This document shows positions 28,876 to 37,848 of a stretch of 40,451 nt of DNA, in pieces. How positions within the stretch are numbered: position 1 is the stretch's first letter; each line of letters opens with the position of its first letter. The translations under genes and the position numbers were made by a program. The notes under the pieces are model-generated. The model was not told the DNA's origin, searched no databases, and was given only the letters and a program-made list of their open reading frames with translations. Source of the DNA: a virus (lineage: Duplodnaviria; Caudoviricetes); IMG/VR virus record IMGVR_UViG_3300037195_000340, positions 1-40,451 of that record; one strand, 5' to 3'.

Positions 28876-29236
28876 AGTTCACCATTTTCCTTACTATTGT
28901 GTAGCCCTTGTTAGTAGGTATACATTCCATATTCCAATTAATAAATTTCTTAAGTGCTTTAGGATTAGCTTCATATACATTCCCATAATACATTATGATT
29001 CCTTCCTCTTGCATAAAATTCTCAAAGTTCTGCATAATCATTTTAGATACATCACTACCTCTAAACTCAGGTACGATATAAATATCCTCAATGAAGAATA
29101 CATTACCTTCCCTTTTATACTTAAAGAAACCTTGGTTATAAAATTTATATTCTGCTCCGCTATATTGTCGGGCAGCATTAATTAACATTTTAAATGCTTT
29201 TTCAGTTGAGTTGCTTAACTCTTGCTTTGATACCAT
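28859..29236 (-). CDS. GNAT-fold acetyltransferase-like protein
   Basis: FIEDIYIVPEFRGSDVSK (motif A-like) and VYEANPKA (N..A motif B); AAGGAG RBS at MVSKQ. Confidence 0.65.
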   Translation of the reverse strand: MVSKQELSNSTEKAFKMLINAARQYSGAEYKFYNQGFFKYKREGNVFFIEDIYIVPEFRGSDVSKMIMQNFENFMQEEGIIMYYGNVYEANPKALKKFINWNMECIPTNKGYTIVRKMVNYGYEE

Positions 29237-29600
29237 AGTCTTCTCCTTCCTCTTGGTATCTCTTAGAGGCACATAGTTCCACTACCTGTATATCGTCTTC
29301 CCAAAACATCCCTGCATACGTGAAACCATCCAATACACCCTTAACATAATTATCTATGTCTCCTCTCGGATAAGGGTTACTAGGTTTCTTCGGTTTTTTA
29401 CAGATGAACTCTAGTTCAACTAGGAACTCCCCAGTGGCACTGGGTGGGAACTTGTCTTTAATCTTTTTTAGAACAGCATATAACGACTTTCTAAACTCCG
29501 TATAGTTCTTACCATAGTAAGTACCGTACCTACTGACTCTAGGTCTACTAGCAGGTACTGGTCTTACGTCAAGTATAATCTTAGAAGTCGAGGTCGTCAT
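29202..29600 (-). CDS. rusA: RusA-family Holliday junction resolvase
   Basis: PVPASRPR, DIDNYVKGVLDG, EDDIQVVEL..SKRY. Confidence 0.88.
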   Translation of the reverse strand: MTTSTSKIILDVRPVPASRPRVSRYGTYYGKNYTEFRKSLYAVLKKIKDKFPPSATGEFLVELEFICKKPKKPSNPYPRGDIDNYVKGVLDGFTYAGMFWEDDIQVVELCASKRYQEEGEDYGIKARVKQLN

Positions 29601-30108
29601 TATCCTCACCTTCGTGGTCGTTATCTGAAAATTCTAGTGCGTCAAAACCATCATCAGTGTCTCCAAACTCTACAATAGTTTTGAATTGTACTGATTTAGG
29701 TTTAACTGATACACCCTTTACTCCCATTACTTCGTAATTAGATACTTCAATCTTAGCTCGCATGGTAGAACCATTACCGATACTAAGTTTCTCTAGTACC
29801 TCTCCTTGAATACGTTTACCCAAAGAGTCATAAAGTGCAGGGGGGTTGATTAAGTACTTAGTACCATCTCTCTTTTCACCTTCTCTTTTTTGTTTTAGTT
29901 TTAGAATTACGGAGCCATCAGCCTGTTTCTCATACGGCTTTTTCCCTTCACCGATCTCGTCGATTTTGGAAATTAGATCATGTGTTTCTGGACTATCCGA
30001 TAATACTAGTTGACATGTGTAGTTCCCAAATTTATCTACTTTACTTAGTGAGAACCATTTAACTGTACCTACTGGTGTAATTAATCTTACTTTTTTTCTT
30101 TCTGACAT
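29581..30108 (-). CDS. Single-stranded DNA-binding protein (gp2.5-like)
   Basis: TPVGTVKW, IGNGST, acidic tail ending DDLDF. Confidence 0.88.
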   Translation of the reverse strand: MSERKKVRLITPVGTVKWFSLSKVDKFGNYTCQLVLSDSPETHDLISKIDEIGEGKKPYEKQADGSVILKLKQKREGEKRDGTKYLINPPALYDSLGKRIQGEVLEKLSIGNGSTMRAKIEVSNYEVMGVKGVSVKPKSVQFKTIVEFGDTDDGFDALEFSDNDHEGEDNDDLDF

Positions 30109-30143
30109 TTATTTCTCCTGTCTATTGAGTTTATAACGTATGT

Positions 30144-30302
30144 TTAATCTACAAGTTTGTGTTCATCATACGTTAATGATTTATTATATTCTAATTCTGT
30201 ATCTAATGATGTTGGATACTTTTCTTCTAACCTTTGGTTAAAGGTAGAGGAAGGAATAGAGGTTCTAGTAATAGAACCATCAATGTTAACTATATAGTTC
30301 AT
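30144..30302 (-). CDS. Small hypothetical protein, first gene after the phage promoters
   Basis: AGGAG RBS before MNYIVNIDG. Confidence 0.5.
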   Translation of the reverse strand: MNYIVNIDGSITRTSIPSSTFNQRLEEKYPTSLDTELEYNKSLTYDEHKLVD

Positions 30303-30356
30303 AGTGTCTCCTAGTGATATTAAGCGATACTTAGTACAATAAGAGTAACTGTTTTG

Positions 30357-30399
30357 TTCTCTCATTAGTCTACGCTTTTGAAGTTGTTGAAATCATTGA
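30357..30399 (-). promoter_or_regulatory. Putative phage RNAP promoter (phi1.1B-like position)
   Basis: TCAATGATTTCAACAACTTCAAAAGCGTAGACTAATGAGAGAA. Confidence 0.8.
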
Positions 30400-30411
30400 G
30401 GAATTTCGGGT

Positions 30412-30450
30412 TTCCCTCAGTAGTCTACGCTCTTGAAGTACTTGAAATCA
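30412..30450 (-). promoter_or_regulatory. Putative phage RNAP promoter (phi1.1A-like position)
   Basis: TGATTTCAAGTACTTCAAGAGCGTAGACTACTGAGGGAA, in tandem with the previous copy downstream of the RNAP gene. Confidence 0.8.
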
Positions 30451-30452
30451 CG

Positions 30453-30656
30453 TTACCCTAGCCACGGTTTGTTATTCCTATCTAAGTTATAGATATCTAC
30501 GTTGTAGCATTTATTCAATACATGTAGTATGTTTGATATGATCGTATCATTATAGAGGTGGGAGGTTTTTCCATGTTCTAATACTTCCTCTAACTCTTTA
30601 TGTAGGAACTCTACAGGGTCTTTACGATATTCTGTAAGCATCTCATCTGTTAGCAT
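30453..30656 (-). CDS. Hypothetical protein
   Basis: AAGGAG RBS before MLTDEML. Confidence 0.6.
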   Translation of the reverse strand: MLTDEMLTEYRKDPVEFLHKELEEVLEHGKTSHLYNDTIISNILHVLNKCYNVDIYNLDRNNKPWLG

Positions 30657-30666
30657 ATTATCTCCT

Positions 30667-33108
30667 TTATGAAAAGAAAAACTCATCTTCTAATACATTA
30701 GATAATTCTAATGTACCACTAGACGGTTGTGATTCAGTAATTTCAATAGGTTGTTCTGTTATAAAGTTATTAAGCACTGTCTGATCTTTATACATTTTAT
30801 AGAATACCTGTCTAAGTACCTTAAATAACTCAGGTGAATCCGCTACATGTACACCAAATGAATCATGTATCATAGCATAAGAACAACCCTCACTCATGTT
30901 ATTAACAGTTTCCTGTAGATGACAAGCGTCTAAACTGTGTACAAAATTAGGTGCAATTCCAGTAGCATGGGCACGTATATCTGTGTCTTCTGTATAATTC
31001 TGTAATACTGTACGGAATGAACCCTTCTCTTTAACAGTAAACCCTAGAGGTGTCTCTATAGTTGTATTTTGTGTCTCTACACGCTTCTGTTTAACTGGGA
31101 AACCATTAGGTGTAGTCCAACATATAGTGTTACTACGTGTTTCCTTAATGATTTCACGTGCAACTGTACTTAAATAAGACATGATCTCACGTCCTTTCAG
31201 TATCTTAATGTTAATCGCTTCCCATACAGTAGCTGTATATAGAGTCAGGGCTTCCTTGTATCTCTCACCAAAGACCTCTTGACCGCCTTCCTTTTTAAAC
31301 TGTTCATCTATGTATCTCCTACATGCTCTCTGTGTTCCTGCGTACGGTACAATCATTACAGGACGCTTCACAGCTTTACGTGTGATCCCAAACTCTACTA
31401 GAGACCTCGCCAGAGGCTCTGAGCTTGCTTCTAACAGCTTTAATGTCTCATCCCTAACGTCACTATAGATATCACCTTTAACGCTCTTATTCGTTAAATT
31501 AACCGACTCTCCGCCTACCTCATCAAGTAAGATAGCACTGAGATGTTGTAAACCGTTACAAGAACCGTCCATAGCTACCGCTAATCTTGATTCAAATGTA
31601 TCAGGTGACTCGTGATAATCTCTATACTCAAAACAGAACGCTAGGAATAACCAAGGTTCCTCATCTGCTTCATGCCAGAGACCTGTTTGTTCATAAGGAT
31701 TGTTAGCTGTCTTAATAATAGCATGGTGATTATCTTTAACCCACTGAACTTTCTCAGCGAATGTTTTCTTTTCTAAACCGTGTCCAAAAGTGTTAGCCCC
31801 TTGCATACAGAAGAATTTATATTGTTCCTCTGTTTCTATACGTTTACCTTCTGAGAATTGTAGTAAAGATTTTACATAATCTGTACCTTGAGGTGAAAGA
31901 AAAGTTGCTTTAGGGTACGCTCTACCTCTAAAGTCTAGGAAGTACGCAAAGTAAATAGAATCGTACTTACGAAACCTTTTAGCTTCTAGGATAGACATAC
32001 GTAATGCGAGTACCTTAGATTCTCTTGAGGCTTGTTCTTTGTAGTGTACTGAGGCTTGTTGTCTCCATACTTTACGATCTTCTTTCTGTTCTTCTGTCAA
32101 GTGTTCATTAGGTACATCCTCGTGTGGACAAGGTGTTAAGTACAACTTAGCGTCATAAGGTGTTGGTAAGTCTCCCCATGATAGTTCGCTGTTTGTAGCT
32201 GATTCCATCACCTCTAATATTCTTTGGTTAATTCTCCATTTAGTATCTTGAAGTCTATTAACAGCTTGTAAAGTTCTCTCAGGTTTAAGACCTCTATACT
32301 CCTGCCTATCCACTGTTGTTTGTATCAAAGGATACTTAAATCTTGGAGTATAAAAACCACCACCCTCTAATGAAGTCCAAGGTAAAGGACGTTCAACCAT
32401 AGGAGTATGATACGTACCTAAGATAGAACCGTCGTTCTCTGTAATTAGTTCCTTTAATTTTATGTGAAACCATGATCTAATTTCTACTAGCTTATCTCTA
32501 CTTGTGTTTCTTAGGTCACATAGAGGTGGAGCAATTTTGTTATTAATAACTGGGTAAGTAGAACATAATACCTGAATAGCTTTAAGAGCTAATTGCATGA
32601 AGCTAGTTTCCTTCTTAGAAATATCCTTATGGTACTTACTGATAAGGTCTTTAGTCATTTTAATTTTTCGCACATCTGAGTAATTAGTTCCTTGTACAAA
32701 ACCGACTAAAGCTGTCTTTAGTGATTCGTCCTTTTTCTCCAAGTGTACTATAGTGTATTCAGTCTCTAAGAAGTTAGCTAGAGTTGTCGCTATCTTTGTA
32801 ATACGTCTATCTGTGAAGTGAGATGTGTTCACTACAGTTCTTACAGTGTGGTGTGCTACAACTAATGGGTCTAAAAGTTGTAACATCTTAGCAGGTAGGG
32901 CTTTAATCTTAGCTTTACCTTGGAGTATTTCGTTAGTATAAAGACCTAAAGAATTAGCTAAGTCACCTACGTAGTAAGGAATAATGTAATTACATGCTTT
33001 GATATCGGAAAGATTTCCTTTTTGTTTACTGTCTTGGTATTCGTTCATCCCCTTTGTTAACATAAGTTCTAAGTTCTCTTGTTCTATTTCTGTTTGGGTC
33101 TTTAACAA
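30667..33108 (-). CDS. Single-subunit T7-like DNA-directed RNA polymerase
   Basis: LDFRGRAY, DGSCNGLQH, RKAVKRPVMIVPY, APNFVHSLDA, IHDSFG; TTG start with AAGGAG RBS. Confidence 0.98.
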   Translation of the reverse strand: MLKTQTEIEQENLELMLTKGMNEYQDSKQKGNLSDIKACNYIIPYYVGDLANSLGLYTNEILQGKAKIKALPAKMLQLLDPLVVAHHTVRTVVNTSHFTDRRITKIATTLANFLETEYTIVHLEKKDESLKTALVGFVQGTNYSDVRKIKMTKDLISKYHKDISKKETSFMQLALKAIQVLCSTYPVINNKIAPPLCDLRNTSRDKLVEIRSWFHIKLKELITENDGSILGTYHTPMVERPLPWTSLEGGGFYTPRFKYPLIQTTVDRQEYRGLKPERTLQAVNRLQDTKWRINQRILEVMESATNSELSWGDLPTPYDAKLYLTPCPHEDVPNEHLTEEQKEDRKVWRQQASVHYKEQASRESKVLALRMSILEAKRFRKYDSIYFAYFLDFRGRAYPKATFLSPQGTDYVKSLLQFSEGKRIETEEQYKFFCMQGANTFGHGLEKKTFAEKVQWVKDNHHAIIKTANNPYEQTGLWHEADEEPWLFLAFCFEYRDYHESPDTFESRLAVAMDGSCNGLQHLSAILLDEVGGESVNLTNKSVKGDIYSDVRDETLKLLEASSEPLARSLVEFGITRKAVKRPVMIVPYAGTQRACRRYIDEQFKKEGGQEVFGERYKEALTLYTATVWEAINIKILKGREIMSYLSTVAREIIKETRSNTICWTTPNGFPVKQKRVETQNTTIETPLGFTVKEKGSFRTVLQNYTEDTDIRAHATGIAPNFVHSLDACHLQETVNNMSEGCSYAMIHDSFGVHVADSPELFKVLRQVFYKMYKDQTVLNNFITEQPIEITESQPSSGTLELSNVLEDEFFFS

Positions 33109-33118
33109 AAGTATCTCC

Positions 33119-33610
33119 TTATTTGTGTAAATATTCTAATTTTTTAGAAACTTTATCTAGTAAACTCCATAACAGTTTGTGTTCTTGTGGTTCATACAGG
33201 ACTTCTCTAAAAACAGAATATTCTTTCAAGTACTTCTTACCTAAGGTACTGTTATTATCTAAACACTCCTGCATATTCACGTACCTAACACATAACTTAA
33301 TTAAAGTTGCTGTCTTCGACGTTCTTATACATTCTAAATAAGACTTAAATCGTGTATCTTTTTCTCTTGTGAGTAGTAGAACAGGATTAACAATCTTAGT
33401 ACCAAAATGGTGAGTTAAGTCATCTACGGTACATGTAGTGTCTTCTAATATATCATGTAGATAAGCCACACATACATTCACTTCAGAATATCTATCTAGT
33501 GCCTTAAGGGTTTTAATAACCTTTTCTAAATGATACATATATGTCTTGTCACCGTACATCTGCCCCCAGTGATATCTAGTTGTTAGTTGTCTAGCAATAT
33601 GAATATCCAT
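33119..33610 (-). CDS. HD-domain SpoT/Mesh1-like small alarmone hydrolase homologue
   Basis: HWGQ..Y..H, LHDILEDT, LLT, IKLCVRYVN (canonical KLADRxxN). Confidence 0.8.
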   Translation of the reverse strand: MDIHIARQLTTRYHWGQMYGDKTYMYHLEKVIKTLKALDRYSEVNVCVAYLHDILEDTTCTVDDLTHHFGTKIVNPVLLLTREKDTRFKSYLECIRTSKTATLIKLCVRYVNMQECLDNNSTLGKKYLKEYSVFREVLYEPQEHKLLWSLLDKVSKKLEYLHK

Positions 33611-33619
33611 AGTATCTCC

Positions 33620-33970
33620 TTACTTTAAATAATTAACAATGTTATCTTTTAATCTCACGACAAAAGCTCTATCCAACGACTCCTTAGTTTCAGTATCTAC
33701 AAAAGAAGCAAACTTATAAGGATTATAAGTAGCTCTACCTGAGTACTCACTACCTGTTAAGTTAGAGACAATTTCACCTTCAATAAAAGCATGTACATTC
33801 TTAGTCTTGGTATTTAATACCCTACGTCTACCACCTTGCTGTACAATAAACTTAGCGTTTACTAGAAATACTTCATCTAAGTGGGCTATTACTCGTTGTG
33901 TTTTCTTTAAACGTATTGACCAACAGTTCTTGTGTAAGTTCTTGTATACTTGTACTCGTTTTCCTAGCAT
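33620..33970 (-). CDS. Conserved phage hypothetical protein
   Basis: VYKNLHKNCWS..KNVHAFIEG..YNPY pattern, familiar from other phage genomes; function unknown to me. Confidence 0.65.
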   Translation of the reverse strand: MLGKRVQVYKNLHKNCWSIRLKKTQRVIAHLDEVFLVNAKFIVQQGGRRRVLNTKTKNVHAFIEGEIVSNLTGSEYSGRATYNPYKFASFVDTETKESLDRAFVVRLKDNIVNYLK

Positions 33971-34176
33971 TACTTATTCTCCTTGAATTTACATGTCATA
34001 CCACCCTTCTTGTAGCCTGAAAATATATAACACGTGACTTCTTCATTTTCACATCTAAACAGAGAGTCCTCAATTTCCAAACAACCTTCTGTAGATAAAG
34101 AAGTATCTATATTTTTCTTTACATCGGAACAGCTAAATAAAGTTAGCGTTAAAATAATGACAGACAAAATCTTCAT
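33970..34176 (-). CDS. Small lipoprotein
   Basis: MKILSVIILTLTLFS-C signal peptide II/lipobox; four further Cys. Confidence 0.65.
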   Translation of the reverse strand: MKILSVIILTLTLFSCSDVKKNIDTSLSTEGCLEIEDSLFRCENEEVTCYIFSGYKKGGMTCKFKENK

Positions 34177-34185
34177 GTACTCTCC

Positions 34186-34398
34186 TTATAGTTTATGTTC
34201 TTCACCTGATGGGTCTACCACCTTATCGGTATAAATCTTAAATCCTTTGTGTACCATGTACTGCTGTATTTCATCTAGTTGTTCCCTGACTTCAAGGCGT
34301 TGTTTCTTGTTTGCGAACCAAGAACTACCCTCTTGACATTCGAGCGTTAAGTGTTGACCTAGTGTTTGTTTGTATTCTAACAGTGTTGTATCAATCAT
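34186..34398 (-). CDS. Hypothetical protein
   Basis: ORF with GGGAG RBS. Confidence 0.55.
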   Translation of the reverse strand: MIDTTLLEYKQTLGQHLTLECQEGSSWFANKKQRLEVREQLDEIQQYMVHKGFKIYTDKVVDPSGEEHKL

Positions 34399-34622
34399 TT
34401 ATTTCTCCCTTTTACTAATGCGTCATATACAAGGGCTTGTCTCTTTGTCATAAGAAATCCTGCTCTCATGTAAAGATTTCCTAAGGTTTTTGGTATTAAG
34501 TACTCCAATAAGTAATATGGTACTTTATTCATCTACAACCTCAAAAGTCTCATCATCTAACGTAATTGTTCTAGCGTTTGGTGCTTTGATTGTAAAATCT
34601 TCTCTTTTCATTTTTTTTCTCC

Positions 34623-34838
34623 TTACTTACGTCTTTTATATATTATTATATTATTACCTTCCTCTATAACAAGGATAACGAACAGTAAACAAAATGCTAT
34701 AACAGCTACCCAAGATAGTAATATACTTGTTAAAAACATAAAACAATCTGTAATAGAAACTGAATATGGTTTATTTAAAAAGACAAGAATACTTAGAAAT
34801 ATAAAAGCTAATAAAACACCTATTAAATAGATACTCAT
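34623..34838 (-). CDS. Two-TM membrane protein
   Basis: Two hydrophobic segments; GGAGG RBS before MSIYL. Confidence 0.6.
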   Translation of the reverse strand: MSIYLIGVLLAFIFLSILVFLNKPYSVSITDCFMFLTSILLSWVAVIAFCLLFVILVIEEGNNIIIYKRRK

Positions 34839-35383
34839 GCTAAACCTCCCCTTACAACACCCCATACCACCGCTTGCACCTGATGAGGTAGAAGCCCCAA
34901 CTCACTCGCTACCTGCTGATAAGCGGTTTCAATGGGTTTATAAAACTTGTTCTTAGGTTCTAAATTAACTGACCTATAAGCCCATACGTCAACAGTAACA
35001 CAATCACTAGTATCATACCTAAGTATGTTTGTGTAGAAATGTTTTGTCTTGGTACCTCCGAGTATTTTGAGTACTTCATTTTCTTCCTTTGCGTTGATTA
35101 TGTCAATCGCTTTTTGTCTTTGACTTTTGAATGTACATGTCTTAGTTGTCAGTTTTGGTGTTTCTAAGATATCCCAAGCGTCACTTAAGTTCCTAGCCCA
35201 CTTGTTACGTGGTGATAACGCTGAGATCACACCACATGCCTTCCATAGAGGTACCTCGAATACTTGAGATAACAAGACAGCCTCATTGTAAGCCCTGTGA
35301 TACCAAGTGAGACCTTGGTTTAATGTCTGTACATCTGCGGAGTCATAGTGTTTTCTTATCTTTTGTTTAAGTTCTTCTACCAT
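34835..35383 (-). CDS. Phage protein with distant HhH-GPD DNA glycosylase-like features
   Basis: [36 protein letters not shown] pattern; VDVW resembles the EndoIII-family VD motif. Confidence 0.55.
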   Translation of the reverse strand: MVEELKQKIRKHYDSADVQTLNQGLTWYHRAYNEAVLLSQVFEVPLWKACGVISALSPRNKWARNLSDAWDILETPKLTTKTCTFKSQRQKAIDIINAKEENEVLKILGGTKTKHFYTNILRYDTSDCVTVDVWAYRSVNLEPKNKFYKPIETAYQQVASELGLLPHQVQAVVWGVVRGGLA

Positions 35384-35997
35384 TCGATAGCCTCCTGTTT
35401 AGTTATAAACCCGTGTAAACCTGAGACACATTCTAGTCTTGGGTCGTCGTTGAATGAATCAGGATATACTGTTGTTTTAAGTTTGTATTCTATACCCTGA
35501 TAATGTGTTCCGTGAAATGACACGGTTTCATCTGAAAATAAATTACCTGACATATCTTCCACTTTAATGATCTTTGCTTGAGATACTCTGATTTTTCTTG
35601 AGGAGTAACAGTTTACTCTCTTAGCTTTACTGGGACACCTAAGAGTTAGAATATAGTTTTTATCTGAATTTTTTACCTTTTTATAGAAAGTAAAAGAACC
35701 CTCCTCAGGTACTATAATGTTTTGGGAAAGTCCCTTAGCACCTTCCAAATCAGCGCCTATCAAATTAGCACGTCTCAAATCAGCAAATCTCAAATCAGCT
35801 CGTCTCAAATCAGCACCATACAAATCAGCACCTCTCAAATTAGCACCTATCAAATCAGCACCTCTCAAATTAGCACCTTCCAAATTAGCACCTATCAAAT
35901 CAGCACCTCTCAAATTAGCACCTTCCAAATTAGCACCTCTCAAATCAGCACCTCTCAAATTAGCACCTGCTTTAATTTCATATCCATTAACTTTCAT
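35377..35997 (-). CDS. Pentapeptide-repeat protein with DUF5758-like C-terminal domain
   Basis: A(D/N)LxG repeats, then [12 protein letters not shown]...[25 protein letters not shown]. Confidence 0.85.
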   Translation of the reverse strand: MKVNGYEIKAGANLRGADLRGANLEGANLRGADLIGANLEGANLRGADLIGANLRGADLYGADLRRADLRFADLRRANLIGADLEGAKGLSQNIIVPEEGSFTFYKKVKNSDKNYILTLRCPSKAKRVNCYSSRKIRVSQAKIIKVEDMSGNLFSDETVSFHGTHYQGIEYKLKTTVYPDSFNDDPRLECVSGLHGFITKQEAIEW

Positions 35998-36190
35998 TCA
36001 TAAACTCCTTAAGTGTTTCCTGATCTTCAAATAACTCATTATCAAAGTAAGACCTAATCAAGTCTTGAGCAACAGACAGACCCCTGTCAAATATCGCAGA
36101 GGCTAGTATAGTATTGTTATCATCTTCGAGATTAAAGTCACGTTTCTTGGATTCAAGTAGTTTTATTAACACGTCTTTGTCTGTGTACAT
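35987..36190 (-). CDS. Hypothetical acidic protein
   Basis: ORF with AAGGAG RBS. Confidence 0.55.
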   Translation of the reverse strand: MYTDKDVLIKLLESKKRDFNLEDDNNTILASAIFDRGLSVAQDLIRSYFDNELFEDQETLKEFMNES

Positions 36191-36192
36191 GG

Positions 36193-36555
36193 TTACTCCT
36201 TGTAGTTTCTTATTAGGTCACATGTGTTTATGAAAGAGCCATAGAGAATTATTTGTCTTTCAGTGTAGCCGTTTTGTTCTCCTATAGTTTGATAATGTGT
36301 TATCCAGTGTTTTATAGGATAGTCCTTACATCCTATTTGTATTCTATCTTTGTAACAAATTGCTAGATGTTGTTCCCCTGAGAATGTTAGAATACCTTTA
36401 GCACCTTCCAAATCAGCGCCTATCAAATCAGCACCTCTCAAATCAGCACCTCTCAAATCAGCACCATACAAATCAGCACCATACAAATCAGCACCATACA
36501 AATCAGCACCACTTAAATTAACAAAAGCTTTAATTTCATATCCATTAACTTTCAT
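36193..36555 (-). CDS. Pentapeptide-repeat protein (paralogue 2)
   Basis: [10 protein letters not shown] plus ADLxG repeats and a RIQIGC C-terminal domain; AGGAG RBS. Confidence 0.85.
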   Translation of the reverse strand: MKVNGYEIKAFVNLSGADLYGADLYGADLYGADLRGADLRGADLIGADLEGAKGILTFSGEQHLAICYKDRIQIGCKDYPIKHWITHYQTIGEQNGYTERQIILYGSFINTCDLIRNYKE

Positions 36556-36563
36556 ACTCACTC

Positions 36564-36992
36564 CTAGTCAATAACTAAATCTAAAGTCATGTTACGTCCG
36601 TTAGTTCTATCAATTTTATATTCATCATATTCATAACCTGAGTTTACCAGTAAGTCACGATGTTTAATAATATCCTTTCTCCTCAGTGTTACTTTGGTTC
36701 CCATAGTTGTTCTTAAGGAATTGACAATGTTCCCTTGTTTGTCTACAGCATTGTCTGAACATTTAAGGAAATTACCTCGTTTCGGTCTGTTTTCCCACGT
36801 AAGAGGGTTAGTACTGTATAGGTCTCCTTTTTTGTCTAGGTAGTAATGCTGTAGATTCCTCATACCACTAGGTGTCTGTACCCAACCCAGTGACATAAGT
36901 TCTAACTTACCTTTGTTCTTGATGTAGTTCAGTACTATTAGAATACCTACGATTAAAGTTGCTAAGATAATTGGAAAGATGTAAATTTTCAT
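36564..36992 (-). CDS. N-terminal TM protein with weak NUMOD4-like segment
   Basis: Hydrophobic N-terminus; YYLDKKGDLYS...LK...GNIVNSL pattern. Confidence 0.5.
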   Translation of the reverse strand: MKIYIFPIILATLIVGILIVLNYIKNKGKLELMSLGWVQTPSGMRNLQHYYLDKKGDLYSTNPLTWENRPKRGNFLKCSDNAVDKQGNIVNSLRTTMGTKVTLRRKDIIKHRDLLVNSGYEYDEYKIDRTNGRNMTLDLVID

Positions 36993-37012
36993 AGTTGTTT
37001 CTCCTTGTTTAT

Positions 37013-37399
37013 TTATTTATTATTTTTAATATAGTCAACTAGGTATACCCTAGGTGCATATTTAACTTTATAGGCTTCTCTTATGTCATTACTAGCTACC
37101 CCAATACTTAAGGCAGTCGCTACTAGTAGGGAACAAAAAGTATATAAACACATGACTCTTATTACGTTTTCTTTGTGGTTTATATCATAATAAATAGCTA
37201 CACCTAATAAGGTAAGTAGTGTTGCTAGTACTACAAACATAAAAAGGAAGTCAGTAAACCCTGTTGTTAGGTGTTCCCAGAATTTAAAGTTGAGCAGTTC
37301 TGTAACATATATTGGTAGCTCTTTACTAACAAATGCCTCCGCATTGTTCAAATATCCAAGACTTTTCTCAAGTAACTCATTAATAATTTTATCCTGCAT
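37013..37399 (-). CDS. Two-TM membrane protein
   Basis: Two hydrophobic segments. Confidence 0.6.
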   Translation of the reverse strand: MQDKIINELLEKSLGYLNNAEAFVSKELPIYVTELLNFKFWEHLTTGFTDFLFMFVVLATLLTLLGVAIYYDINHKENVIRVMCLYTFCSLLVATALSIGVASNDIREAYKVKYAPRVYLVDYIKNNK

Positions 37400-37770
37400 T
37401 ATGCCTCCACAAATGTAAAAGTAATATCTAAGCTCGGTATCCTAGTTCTATCACCTGTCTTAAGTGTATTATCTATGTTAAGTACACCAATAAACTGTTC
37501 ATTCCCATTCTTAGAAAGATAACCCTTACCGTTCTCTGCATATAGGAAACAGTCTTGGTCGAATAATACCCTAAGAGCTTCCATCTGTGCTAGGTCTGGA
37601 TTAGGAATAAGAACTGAGGATTCAGAGTTATTTTTGAAGACACCTTCAGTTGTTAAGAATTTAATATTCTTGTTCCTCAAAATAGCTATTAATAAGTTAT
37701 GTCTGTCAGTGTCCGCGCCAGTACCTTGTTTTACGTAAGCACTTATTACTGCAAATTTGTTAATTAACAT
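37399..37770 (-). CDS. S-adenosylmethionine lyase (T3 gp0.3 SAMase-like)
   Basis: VISAY..RH..L..L..GVF..E.SV..FDQDCFL parallels T3 SAMase LVSAF..RH..GCY..EEKTV..WEQDCVL; early-region position; AAGGAG RBS at MLINK. Confidence 0.75.
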   Translation of the reverse strand: MLINKFAVISAYVKQGTGADTDRHNLLIAILRNKNIKFLTTEGVFKNNSESSVLIPNPDLAQMEALRVLFDQDCFLYAENGKGYLSKNGNEQFIGVLNIDNTLKTGDRTRIPSLDITFTFVEA

Positions 37771-37796
37771 TAAATATCTCCTTTGTAAAATCCATA

Positions 37797-37828
37797 TAAA
37801 AACAGTAGTAGACCAAAACAGCCTACTA
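37797..37828 (-). terminator. Hairpin plus U-tract in the early region (terminator or processing site)
   Basis: UAGUAGGCU-GUUUU-GGUCUACUA-CUGUUUUU. Confidence 0.5.
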
Positions 37829-37848
37829 ACCAAGCATGTAACTCCGCA

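Noticed and set aside
1402-34234. Other plus-strand and nested alternative-frame ORFs in the track
   Set aside because: They overlap well-supported genes and lack motifs or RBS
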